Shown: positions 52,886 to 62,132 of the stretch, in pieces | How positions within the stretch are numbered: position 1 is the first letter of the stretch | How the letters are laid out: each line of letters opens with the position of its first letter | DNA from: an uncultured delta proteobacterium | Lineage (GTDB): Bacteria; Desulfobacterota; Binatia; UBA9968 | Reading direction: 5' to 3' | Assembly (NCBI GenBank): GCA_963755715.1 | Contig: CAVWLW010000001.1 | Coordinates: forward strand, 64,001 to 128,000 | Length of the DNA: 64,000 nt | Notes under the pieces: model-generated | Told to the model about the DNA's origin: nothing | Databases searched by the model: none | The model's input: only the letters and a program-made list of their open reading frames with translations | Position numbers and translations under genes: made by a program

Positions 52886-53095
52886 ATGCCAATATTTGAA
52901 TATCGCTGCCGCGGCTGCAACGCTTATTTTGAAACCATCGTGCTTTCGCCGCGCGAGAAAATCACTTGCCCGCACTGCCAGGGCGGCGCCGTGGACAAAC
53001 AGCTCTCGGTTTTCAGCGCGCCGGCGGCCGCGAAGGACGCCAGCGCACCAGCCGGGGGCTGCGGCTGCACGCCGCAAACTTGTGGCTGCCATTAA
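52886..53095 (+). CDS. FmdB-family zinc-ribbon protein with Cys-rich tail
   Basis: MPIFEYRCRGC...CPHC...GGCGCTPQTCGCH. Confidence 0.88.
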   Translation: MPIFEYRCRGCNAYFETIVLSPREKITCPHCQGGAVDKQLSVFSAPAAAKDASAPAGGCGCTPQTCGCH

Positions 53096-53616
53096 GACTT
53101 TTCAGGCGGGCTAAAATAGCGCGGCAATTCGGCGCGAATGCGTTTCAGAGCCTCGCCGACATTGCCGTAAACGCGCTCTTCCACCAATTGGCCGTGGACC
53201 CAGCAGTCCAACGACGGCGCGTCGGTAAAATTAATATCGACGTAGCGTTCGCCGATCGGCTCGCCGGTGATGATCACGCGAACTGAATAGCCGGCATCGA
53301 CGACAATCCCTCGGGCGCCGGGCGGGAGCGGTAACCCGCTTTTGATCTTGGCCAGCTTTTCCTGCGGATACTTGCCGATTTCCAGTGAGTAATAACCCCA
53401 GTCGCCGGGGCCGACGGATAAACCGTTGAGGAGTTTGGTGTTGATGTCGACAAGGTTTTTGGCCGCTTGATCTTGATTATAGTTTTTGAGCAGTTCGTAA
53501 GCCCATTTCTCGATGATACCCTTGATCGGCTCCGCGGCTTTTTCCCGCTCCTTGACCGGGCCACGATCAATCCACCACTTGGTCTCTTCGAATGTGGAGG
53601 TTTTTTCTTCCGCCAT
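53092..53616 (-). CDS. Hypothetical protein
   Basis: 174-aa ORF with protein-like composition and a -10 box 8 nt upstream. Confidence 0.7.
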   Translation of the reverse strand: MAEEKTSTFEETKWWIDRGPVKEREKAAEPIKGIIEKWAYELLKNYNQDQAAKNLVDINTKLLNGLSVGPGDWGYYSLEIGKYPQEKLAKIKSGLPLPPGARGIVVDAGYSVRVIITGEPIGERYVDINFTDAPSLDCWVHGQLVEERVYGNVGEALKRIRAELPRYFSPPEKS

Positions 53617-53655
53617 AATGACAAATACTACGAAGCAGCGTTGAGTCCGCGTTGT

Positions 53656-54651
53656 TTAAATTTTGAATTCCTCCAGCGTGCTTTTCGCGAACAGCGAATC
53701 AACTTCGGGACGCTTGCTGATCAGACCCTGCTCATGGGTGTACTGCACCAACGTCTCCAGCACGTGACGGTTCGCTTCCAAGCCGTAAGCCCATGGGTCC
53801 GGGCCGAGAACTTCACGCTCTTTTTCCATCTCATCGATCGACCAAGCGAGCATATACTTGAGCGCCGAGAACTCATACATCGCTTCCTGGCAAAGGCGCT
53901 TCGATTCATCGAACGCCTTAAACAGACTTTGAGCAATCCAGGGATGCTTCTCGTAGACTTCTTCGCGGATCACGATCGTGTGCATGATGGGAAAAATTTT
54001 CGTGCGGCGAAAATAATCCTGCTCCACTTCGCGGAAATTGGCAATCAACCGTTGAACCTTGGGGTGGCGGTGCTTGAACGGCGACGGCATGTGCGCCGAG
54101 ATCATCGCGTCGATCTCGCCGCTTGCGAGCATGGCGGAAAGAGTTTGATCGTCGGGAATCGGCTGAATATTGATATTGGGCGGCAAATTATGTTTGACCT
54201 TGTCCTGGCGCCCGGGATGTTCTTCGCCGCCGGTGAACCACTTCATTTGTTCCGGCAATACGCCGTATTCATGCTGTAAGATACCGCGCGCCCAAGTCGC
54301 CATGGTGATTTGATATTCAGGTACGCCGACACGTTTACCCGCCATGTCGGCCGGTTTTTTAATGCCCGAGTCGGTATTGATGTAGATACAGGAATGGCGA
54401 AAAGTCTTGGACGGAAACACCGGGATGCCGATCAGCCGCGGCGCGCCTTTGTCGCGCGACATGAGGAAAGAGCCCGTCGACATCTCGGCGACGTCGAACT
54501 CGCCGTAGCGCAGCATGCGCCAAAAAGTCTCCTCTACGCGCAACGGCAAATAGGTGAGATCCACGCCCTCGACTTCGACCCTGCCGTCTTGCAGCGCGCG
54601 CGTACGGTCGTAATCCCAGCACGCCAAAGTCAAACGAATTCTCCCCATCAT
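53656..54651 (-). CDS. 4,5-dihydroxyphthalate decarboxylase-like protein (periplasmic-binding-protein fold, no signal peptide)
   Basis: LTLACWDYDRTRAL, FDVAEMS, FRHSCIY, GVPEYQITMA, IFPIMHTIVI, PWAYGLEANR. Confidence 0.8.
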   Translation of the reverse strand: MMGRIRLTLACWDYDRTRALQDGRVEVEGVDLTYLPLRVEETFWRMLRYGEFDVAEMSTGSFLMSRDKGAPRLIGIPVFPSKTFRHSCIYINTDSGIKKPADMAGKRVGVPEYQITMATWARGILQHEYGVLPEQMKWFTGGEEHPGRQDKVKHNLPPNINIQPIPDDQTLSAMLASGEIDAMISAHMPSPFKHRHPKVQRLIANFREVEQDYFRRTKIFPIMHTIVIREEVYEKHPWIAQSLFKAFDESKRLCQEAMYEFSALKYMLAWSIDEMEKEREVLGPDPWAYGLEANRHVLETLVQYTHEQGLISKRPEVDSLFAKSTLEEFKI

Positions 54652-54692
54652 GGACTCCCCTAGACCTGACGAAATTGTTCTCGGCGAGTCAG

Positions 54693-54893
54693 TTAAGCCT
54701 GCACGCCGGCAAGAAATTGATTAGCGCCGATGACGAACTGTTCCTTTTCGCTCTGCAAGACAACGGCCGCCTCGCCGGAGGCGAGCGTCGTGCGCCGTTG
54801 TAGGCTATACGGTTTGCCCTTGAACGTGACCCGCTGACCGAGAGCAAACCGGCTTAGTTTTTCGTGATCGCTCTGTGGATCAATTTTTTCCAT
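54693..54893 (-). CDS. Small hypothetical protein
   Basis: 66-aa ORF (MEKIDPQSD...) filling the intergenic gap, with an extended -10 upstream. Confidence 0.6.
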   Translation of the reverse strand: MEKIDPQSDHEKLSRFALGQRVTFKGKPYSLQRRTTLASGEAAVVLQSEKEQFVIGANQFLAGVQA

Positions 54894-54942
54894 CGCCTGG
54901 TTTAATACCATATCGGCGCTTAAAGCTTAAACCGCCGTCAAA

Positions 54943-54971
54943 TTGACATCACCGACACCCGAGAATAAAGT
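54943..54971 (+). promoter_or_regulatory. Candidate panE promoter TTGACA-17-TAAAGT
   Basis: Perfect -35 with a 17-bp spacer. Confidence 0.55.
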
Positions 54972-54993
54972 ACCGCGAAACGGCACAAACATC

Positions 54994-55923
54994 ATGCGTA
55001 TCGCGGTCATCGGCACGGGCGCCGTGGGCGGCTATTTCGGAGCGAAGCTGGCTGCGGCCGGACATGAGCTGGTTTTCATCGCCCGCGGCAAGCATCTCGA
55101 TGCCCTGCGCCGCGACGGTTTGCACATCGTCAGTTCGAGCGGCAATCGGCACGTGCGCAATGCCGTGTTTACCGCCAGCGCCGCCGCGATCGAGAGTGTC
55201 GAGCTTGTGCTATTTTGCGTCAAGTCCTACGACACCGAAACGGCGGCAAAAGCTTTCGCGCCGCTGATCGGCGCGCACACAACGATTCTCTCACTCCAAA
55301 ACGGCATCGATAATTCGGAAAAGCTCGCCGGATTGTGGGGCGATGATCGCACCCTCGCCGGCGTGGTTTATATCGGCGCGCAAATCGATGCTCCGGGCGT
55401 AATCCACCACGCCAACGGCGGCAAAATTGTCTTCGGTCGACTCGACGGTAAAACTAAAGAAGGCGCAAAAACCGTCGAGCACGTACTAGCGGCGGCGGAA
55501 ATCCCGTGCGAGCTCAGTGACAACATTCAAAAGATCCAATGGGCCAAGCTCCTTTGGAACGCGCCTTTTTGCGCCATCAGTTGCCTCGCTCGCGCCAACG
55601 TCAAACAAATCGTCGAGTCCGAAGCACTGACCGATCTCGCCATCGCCTGCATGATGGAAGTGCATGGCGCTGCGCTCACGCGCGGCATCGATTTGCACCG
55701 CTCCCTTTTCGACGACACCATCGCTTTTTCGCGCGGCTTGGGCGAGTTCAAGCCTTCCATGCTGCAGGATCTGGAAGCGCGTAAGCCCCTCGAATACGAA
55801 GCCTTCAACGGCATCGTCATCAGGGTCTTGCGCCAAGCCGGCCAAACGGCGCCGGTCAACCAAACCTTTTACGCTCTACTCCAGCACTTGGACAGAAAAT
55901 CTCGCGAGGAGGCCGCGCCCTAA
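54994..55923 (+). CDS. panE: 2-dehydropantoate 2-reductase (ketopantoate reductase family)
   Basis: IGTGAVGGYFG, CVKSYD, LQNG, WAKLLWN, SMLQDL. Confidence 0.9.
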   Translation: MRIAVIGTGAVGGYFGAKLAAAGHELVFIARGKHLDALRRDGLHIVSSSGNRHVRNAVFTASAAAIESVELVLFCVKSYDTETAAKAFAPLIGAHTTILSLQNGIDNSEKLAGLWGDDRTLAGVVYIGAQIDAPGVIHHANGGKIVFGRLDGKTKEGAKTVEHVLAAAEIPCELSDNIQKIQWAKLLWNAPFCAISCLARANVKQIVESEALTDLAIACMMEVHGAALTRGIDLHRSLFDDTIAFSRGLGEFKPSMLQDLEARKPLEYEAFNGIVIRVLRQAGQTAPVNQTFYALLQHLDRKSREEAAP

Positions 55924-55926
55924 ATC

Positions 55927-56838
55927 ATGTCGCTCTTAAATTCAATTCGCGCATCGATCATCGGCTCGATCAGTCTTGTCGGAGCGATCGTGCTGTTGCA
56001 AAGCTTCGCCCACGCCCAAACCGGTAATAAAGAACAGATCGCCAAGGGCCAATACATTTTCGCTTTGGCCGGCGGGTGCGCCTGCCATACCGTGCCGAAA
56101 GGAACGCCGCACGCAGGCGGGCGCGCTTTTCCGATCCCATTCGGAACGGTTTACAGCACCAACATTACTCAGGATAAAGAGACCGGCTTGGGCGATTGGA
56201 CGGATCAGCAAATTCACGATGCCATGACGAAAGGGATCCGGCGCGACGGCAGCCGAATTTTGCCGGTAATGCCTTACGAGAAATACTCCGGCATGGCGCA
56301 AGCGGATCTGCAAGCGCTGATCGCTTATTTGAGAACGATAAAGCCGGTCAAAAAAGCGACGCCGGAGTTAAAAACCTGGGCGCCGTTTGCGCGCAGCCTC
56401 GGTACGCCGATTTTTTTAAAAATCTTTGGCCGTTTCAGCAACGCGTCGAGCGCGGCGCCGCAAAGTGGCGTCGAGCGCGGCCGTTACTTGGTTGATCATG
56501 TTTCCTTGTGCGGCGATTGTCATACGCCGCGCAATTCGATCGGCGTGCCGAAACAGTCTTACTACTTGGCCGGGGCGAGCGAAAAGGCCGGACCTCTCGG
56601 CCAAGCGGTGGCGAATATTACGCCCGACAAAGAAACCGGCATCGGCGAATGGAAACGCGAAGACATAGTCGAGTTGTTACACTCCGGAACCAAGCCCGAC
56701 CTCGATAACGTGCAAGGGCTCATGTACGAAGTGATTCAAGGAATTTCCTACGGCTATAAAGACATGACAAAGCAAGACGCCCTGGCGATCGCCGATTATT
56801 TGAAATCTACCCCGCCAATCAAAAATAAGGTCAAATAG
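55927..56838 (+). CDS. Diheme cytochrome c (related to gluconate/alcohol dehydrogenase cytochrome subunits) with CXCH and CXXCH motifs
   Basis: Signal peptide, AGGCACHT, PFGTVYSTNITQDKETGLG, PVMPY, CGDCHTPRN. Confidence 0.88.
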   Translation: MSLLNSIRASIIGSISLVGAIVLLQSFAHAQTGNKEQIAKGQYIFALAGGCACHTVPKGTPHAGGRAFPIPFGTVYSTNITQDKETGLGDWTDQQIHDAMTKGIRRDGSRILPVMPYEKYSGMAQADLQALIAYLRTIKPVKKATPELKTWAPFARSLGTPIFLKIFGRFSNASSAAPQSGVERGRYLVDHVSLCGDCHTPRNSIGVPKQSYYLAGASEKAGPLGQAVANITPDKETGIGEWKREDIVELLHSGTKPDLDNVQGLMYEVIQGISYGYKDMTKQDALAIADYLKSTPPIKNKVK

Positions 56839-56848
56839 TTTTACGCCG

Positions 56849-57853
56849 CTAATTTCGCGGCACTTTTTTGATGACGTCGCCGAGCACCTGGTCGGCGCTG
56901 ATGTTCTCAGCTTCGGCTTGAAAGTTGAGGATGAGCCGATGGCGCAGCGCCGGGAAAATAACTTTCTCGACGTCTTCGTAGCTCACATGAACCCGGCCCT
57001 CGGCGAGGGCGTTGCCTTTCGCGCCGAGGATGATCGATTGGGCGCCGCGCGGGCTCGAGCCAAAGCGAATGTATTGCTTGACCGATGTTTGCACCGGACC
57101 GCCGTTTTGCGCTTCGGCTTGAGTCGCATGAACCAATCGAACCACGTAGTCTTCGATCGGCGGCGCGATCATCACTTGGCGCAGTAAATATTTCATTTCG
57201 TTAACCGTTCCGCTATCGTCATCCGGCAGCACTTTGGTCGCATCGCCGCTTTCTATGCCCGTTGTCCGTTTGAGTATTTCGCGCAACTCCGCGGGCGCCG
57301 GCGGCGCCACCAAGAGCTTGAAGAAAAACCGATCGAGCTGCGCCTCCGGCAACGGGTAGGTGCCCTCGAGCTCGATGGGATTTTGCGTGGCAAGCACGAT
57401 GAAGGGAGAGGCGAGAATATGCGACTCGCCGAATACCGTGACTTGCTTTTCTTCCATCGCTTCGAGCACTGCCGATTGGGTCTTAGGCGTGGCTCGGTTG
57501 ATCTCGTCGGCGAGAACGACATGAGCGAAGATCGGGCCCTGCTTGAATTGAAATTCCCGCCGGCCGTTGGTGTCGGTCAGCACTTCGGTGCCGACGATAT
57601 CCGATGGCATCAAGTCGGGAGTGAACTGAATCCGTTTGAATGACATGCCGAGAGCGCGGCTCAAGGACTTCACCAGCAGCGTCTTGCCTAAACCCGGCAC
57701 GCCCTCGAGTAAAACATGTCCACCCGCAAAAAAGGCGATCAGGACTTTTCTAATCAGATCGTCGTGACCGACGATCACTTTTTGCACCTCGGTTTGCAGG
57801 CGCTTAAAAATTTCGCGAAACTGCTCCGGCTCCATCACTTCCCCTTTCCCCAT
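56849..57853 (-). CDS. moxR: MoxR-family AAA+ ATPase
   Basis: LEGVPGLGKT, RIQFTPDLMPSD, LADEINRATPKTQSA, ATQNPIE, YPLPEAQLDRF. Confidence 0.95.
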   Translation of the reverse strand: MGKGEVMEPEQFREIFKRLQTEVQKVIVGHDDLIRKVLIAFFAGGHVLLEGVPGLGKTLLVKSLSRALGMSFKRIQFTPDLMPSDIVGTEVLTDTNGRREFQFKQGPIFAHVVLADEINRATPKTQSAVLEAMEEKQVTVFGESHILASPFIVLATQNPIELEGTYPLPEAQLDRFFFKLLVAPPAPAELREILKRTTGIESGDATKVLPDDDSGTVNEMKYLLRQVMIAPPIEDYVVRLVHATQAEAQNGGPVQTSVKQYIRFGSSPRGAQSIILGAKGNALAEGRVHVSYEDVEKVIFPALRHRLILNFQAEAENISADQVLGDVIKKVPRN

Positions 57854-59235
57854 CAACGGATCATGCCGCGATATTCAATCGGCACCTGCTGCTTTTCGCT
57901 CGGCGCATTAGGAACATGGGCGGGCAGCGGAACATTACTGACGGGCACCTGGGTTCGCGCTCGGCTGCCTTTGGATTCTTTGGTGGCCCGGCTTTCGCCT
58001 TTGCCGTCGGCCGCAATTTCCTCGGGTAATTGTACCGTCACATAGCGCGCGTTTTTGATGCCTTCCTTACCTTCGCCACCCTTGTAAAACCGTTCTGCGG
58101 GAGACACGCCTTGAGGCGGCGGCTCCTCCGATGATTTTTCTTTGCCGGCACCATCTTTCGAACCGCCCTCGGTCTTGCCCATTTGCTCTTTGTTCTGTTC
58201 TTTGCCGGACCGACTCGGGTCGGGTTGATTATCTTGCTTGGCGTCGCCCGGCTGCTGATTTTTTTCCGAACCCGGTTCCTTCGGATTTCCCTGGGCGGTC
58301 TTTCCTTGCTGCAATTCCGTGCTCAATTGCGCGCTCGAATCTCCTTTGCTGTCACCACTACCACCTTGGCTTTGCTCGCTTTTCCCTTGTCCTTGTTGGC
58401 GCACATCGCTTTGAATGCCGCCGCCGCCTTTTTGTTCGTCCTTTCGCTCCTGGCCGCCTGCTTGTTGCTGTTCCACGCCCTCAAGCGCGCTCGCTGCCTG
58501 GCCGAGCAAGTCGCGATTGTCCTTTTGTTCTTCCTTCTTTTGCTGTTCCTCGATTTCTTTTTTTAACTCCTGGGCCTGTGCCTGTTTTTCTTCGCGCGGG
58601 ATTTTTGGCTCGTCGAGCTTTGCCGCGAGCGCTAGGAGATCTTTACCGACTTTCTTGAGTCCCGGTTTTAGCGCCATCTCTTGGCCTAAGGCACGAAGCC
58701 GATCTTGAAGCACGCCGGGGCGAGCCACAGACGCGGTCAAAGGCAATAAAAAACTGATGAGTATCGCTGCGAGCAACGACAAGCCGAACGACCAGTAAGC
58801 AGAGGATTTGAGCCGATAGGGAAAGTCGCGTTTGAGCTCGACTCTGTGACTGAAGCCGCTGGTTTCGCGCCGCAGCCGAGACAAGAACGATGCCGGCCAA
58901 TCCGCCGGCTTTACGGTCGCTAAGGTGAGAAAATGATCTTTCGCAGCCGCCTGCCGATCGAGCAATTGCGCCGCAGCCGAGACACTTGGAGCTGCAGGCC
59001 GGTAACGCAAAACTACGGCGAAGCAACCTAAAACCATCACGAGCGCGGCGCTCACGAGCATGGGAATCTGGCCCAGCCAAGCCGCGCCGAACAGCACAGC
59101 GATGATATAAATTGCCGCGCCTACCGGCGGGCTAAAAATAAGTAATGAATCCAAAAGCGCCTGGTGGCGCAGTTTTGCCGCCAAACGATAGATTAGTTTT
59201 TCCGGGCGCTCCCCTTCATCCGGCTCGGATTGCAT
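57853..59235 (-). CDS. Membrane protein with coiled-coil and Q/G/K/E low-complexity C-terminus, translationally coupled to moxR
   Basis: Three hydrophobic segments, long polar tail ending VPIEYRGMIR; TGATG overlap with moxR. Confidence 0.8.
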   Translation of the reverse strand: MQSEPDEGERPEKLIYRLAAKLRHQALLDSLLIFSPPVGAAIYIIAVLFGAAWLGQIPMLVSAALVMVLGCFAVVLRYRPAAPSVSAAAQLLDRQAAAKDHFLTLATVKPADWPASFLSRLRRETSGFSHRVELKRDFPYRLKSSAYWSFGLSLLAAILISFLLPLTASVARPGVLQDRLRALGQEMALKPGLKKVGKDLLALAAKLDEPKIPREEKQAQAQELKKEIEEQQKKEEQKDNRDLLGQAASALEGVEQQQAGGQERKDEQKGGGGIQSDVRQQGQGKSEQSQGGSGDSKGDSSAQLSTELQQGKTAQGNPKEPGSEKNQQPGDAKQDNQPDPSRSGKEQNKEQMGKTEGGSKDGAGKEKSSEEPPPQGVSPAERFYKGGEGKEGIKNARYVTVQLPEEIAADGKGESRATKESKGSRARTQVPVSNVPLPAHVPNAPSEKQQVPIEYRGMIR

Positions 59236-59284
59236 GGCAGCAAACTATAACATGTCGGCGCTGACGGCTTAAGCGGATAAAGTC

Positions 59285-60316
59285 CTAACGCGGCACCGGG
59301 GACTTGCCGCGGGTCGCGGGCTCGCGAACCGGTTGGTAGACTTTCACGGCGTGGTTGTGGGCCTCGATGGTAGCGGAAAACAGATGGGTGCCATCGTTTT
59401 TTGACACGAAGTAAAGATACGGCACATCCGCGGGCTGAAGCGCAGCGCGAATCGAAGATAGACTCGGATTGCAAATAGGGCCGGGAGGCAGCGCGGCAAT
59501 GCGATAGGTATTATAGGGGTTGGGGTCATTCAAGTCTTTGCGCGTCAAATTGCCGTTAAAATCTTTAAGTCCGTAGATGACCGTCGGATCGCTTTGCAGC
59601 GCCATTTGGCGCTGCAATCGGTTATGAAAAACCGCAGAGACGAGTGGACGTTCACTTTCGACACCGGTTTCTTTTTCGATGATCGAGGCTAGGGTGAGAA
59701 TTTCGTGGGCAGTCAATTTGCTGTTCCCTTCGCGCTGGGCCAACAGCGGTAGTGAAACCTTACGAAACTGCTCGGCCATCGTCAGAATGATGTCCCGTTC
59801 CGGCGTCGAGGGAACGAAATGATAGGTGCTCGGAAACAAGTAGCCTTCAATCCCCTTGTCTTGCAAGCCGAGACCGGCCAGTAAATTCGGATCGGCAGCC
59901 GCCGCAAGAAATTTTTCTTTGTTGGCAATCTGCATATTTTCCAGCAACACGGCGATTTCGCGCACGGTCAGCCCTTCGGGAATCGTCACGGTTTGGAAGA
60001 TCCCCTTGCCCATAACCAAGCGCTCTAAAACATCGCGCGGCGCGACCCTCGTTTCAAAACGATAGAGCCCCGGATGGATCTTCTTTTCAGCGCCGCTCAA
60101 GCGCGCCAAGAGCGAAAACAGAAAGCCGTTCGAGACGATCTTTTGATCGCCTAGTTTGCGCGCGACGGTGGCCAAAGATTCGCCCTGCTCGACGCGGATT
60201 TCTGCCGGCAGCGGTCCTTCGCCAGGCAGCGCATAAAAAATGTAATAGAGAAATAGGCCGGCCGAGAGCGCGATCCCCATGACCCCGACGAGGAGAATAG
60301 TGCGTAAAGCTTTCAC
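59285..60316 (-). CDS. mltG: Endolytic murein transglycosylase MltG
   Basis: TIPEG, EGYLFPSTY, LASIIEKE, LQSDPTVIY, PYNTY, LPPGPICNP, YLYFV. Confidence 0.96.
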   Translation of the reverse strand: MKALRTILLVGVMGIALSAGLFLYYIFYALPGEGPLPAEIRVEQGESLATVARKLGDQKIVSNGFLFSLLARLSGAEKKIHPGLYRFETRVAPRDVLERLVMGKGIFQTVTIPEGLTVREIAVLLENMQIANKEKFLAAAADPNLLAGLGLQDKGIEGYLFPSTYHFVPSTPERDIILTMAEQFRKVSLPLLAQREGNSKLTAHEILTLASIIEKETGVESERPLVSAVFHNRLQRQMALQSDPTVIYGLKDFNGNLTRKDLNDPNPYNTYRIAALPPGPICNPSLSSIRAALQPADVPYLYFVSKNDGTHLFSATIEAHNHAVKVYQPVREPATRGKSPVPR

Positions 60317-60379
60317 GATCGCGCGTCGGAAGAGGAATAGAAGGATGAGCGAGCGCGGGTTTCAGAAGGGAGCGGCAAG

Positions 60380-60949
60380 CTAGTTTTCCGTGATATTGAC
60401 CTTGATCCAGCCTTCGACTTGACGCATGAATCCGGCAAACGGATCTTCTCCGGGAGCCGATGCAAAATAAGCCTTGCGCGTGTAATCGAGCGCACCGGAA
60501 TAATATTCGAACTTCTTCGAAAGTTCCTGGTAGAGAAAGTACCCCGTACGGTAGAGCGAGAGGTCGAGCTCGGAGACAGTCCAGTAGGAGCGGCTGCCTT
60601 CCTGGATATAGTAATCGAGCGAGCCGCTTCCCTCGACGTGCTTGCGAAAAATGCCGCTCATGAACAAAGCGTAATCGCCGACGTACTTGCGCAAGGATCG
60701 TTCTTTGAGAACGTCGCTTTCGGCCGCTCCAGCGGCCGGTTGGCGCGCCAGCATTTCGACCACGCTATCTTCTTTGCGACCGGCGCGGCCGCGAAATTTG
60801 TAAAGTGCATCACTGCGGGCAAATTCCGCAAGGACATCGGCCACATATCCAGCAACCGTGGCGTCGTAGATACCCAGTTGCCAGAAGCTTTCCCGCACTA
60901 TTTTGAGAAAATAGCTTTGTAACTTGTTGTCGGGACCGCGGGTTTCCAT
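60380..60949 (-). CDS. Conserved hypothetical all-alpha protein
   Basis: YVADVLAEF, RKYVGDYALFMSGIF, YYIQEGSRSY, YQELSKKFE motifs recalled from an uncharacterised family. Confidence 0.75.
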   Translation of the reverse strand: METRGPDNKLQSYFLKIVRESFWQLGIYDATVAGYVADVLAEFARSDALYKFRGRAGRKEDSVVEMLARQPAAGAAESDVLKERSLRKYVGDYALFMSGIFRKHVEGSGSLDYYIQEGSRSYWTVSELDLSLYRTGYFLYQELSKKFEYYSGALDYTRKAYFASAPGEDPFAGFMRQVEGWIKVNITEN

Positions 60950-61247
60950 CGTTACGTTCAAATGATAGCAAAGTTGCCATGGCGTGAAAAGGTTCTTTTT
61001 CAGATTTGCCGCGAAGCACATGTGGATCGGCGCGCCGCGTCTGGCGAATTTTCCCACCGCGGCTATATCGCCACGGTTGGTAAAGAAGCTCTGGTTTGGA
61101 GGTGCCAAGATGGCAAGACAGCTGAAGGAAGATTTTGTCACCTGATGGCGCCTGGGCGTCTTTTGAGCTCATGACGATCCGCAAGCATGACGATTATCTC
61201 AAGTCGTTCCGGGTGCGCCGAGGACGCCGTAGAAGGCGTTGCGCCGA

Positions 61248-62077
61248 ATGGTAGTCCACATCACGCTAGGTTGGCCTGCTTTTTGGCTTACGGCAATCTC
61301 CCTGATGGCTGTCTCTTGCCGATTTGAAGATCGAGTGATTTTCCAACCCAGCGTCACGATCGACCAATCGCCTCGAGATGTCGACCTCGACTTCGAGAAT
61401 CTGGATTTCAACGCGCGCGGCGGTGTTGTTCTAAACGGTTGGTTTATTCGCCATCGCGAAGCGCGCTCCACGCTGGTTTAGTTTCACGGCAACGCAGGCG
61501 ACATCGGCCATCGCGCGGGAACATCAAGCTGCTCCATGAAAAAACCCGAGTCGATATTTTCATCCTGACTACCGAGGCTATGGGCGCAGCGCCAGGCGCG
61601 CCCTCGGAGGAAGGCACTTATCTCGACGGTGAAGCGGCGCTCGACTTTGCGCGCAATCCGTTGGGCATCGATCCGGCGCAAACGGTTCTCTTCGGCCGCT
61701 CCCTCGGCGCCGCCGTTGCTGCAGAGATGGCAACCCAGTTCGACAGTCAGGCGTTGATTTTGGAAAGCCCGTTCGCATCCATTCGCGCCATCGCCTAGCC
61801 ATGTTTTCATTTCTGCCGATCGGACCGCTCCTCGGCACCCGTTACGATGTTCTGGAAAAAATCCGCGCCGTTAAAACACCGCTATTGGAGTTGCACGGCG
61901 ATCGCGACGAAGTCGTGCCCTTCGACCAAGGCAAGCTGGTTTTCGCTGCGGCACCGCAACCAAGAAATTTATCACGCTCGCTGGCGCGGGCCACAACGAT
62001 ACCTATCTGGTCGGCAGCGACCGGTATTTTGAACAATTGAGACAATTGATCGAGGAAACGGCGCCGCCGCGCCGCTG
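61248..62077 (+). pseudogene. Alpha/beta hydrolase (ABHD13/YfhR-like) pseudogene
   Basis: FHGNAG, LFGRSLGAAVA, LHGDRDEVVP, GHND, interrupted by in-frame TAG at 61479-61481 and 61796-61798 plus frameshifts. Confidence 0.8.
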
Positions 62078-62132
62078 ATCGCCTTGAAAAGGCCGAGACC
62101 AGGAGTTCGGCTCAGAGAGGCTAAGCTAAAGT

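Noticed and set aside
57900-58560. Low-complexity region as a repeat or mobile element
   Set aside because: It encodes the Q/G/K/E-rich tail of the MoxR-associated protein; no nucleotide-level repeat unit.
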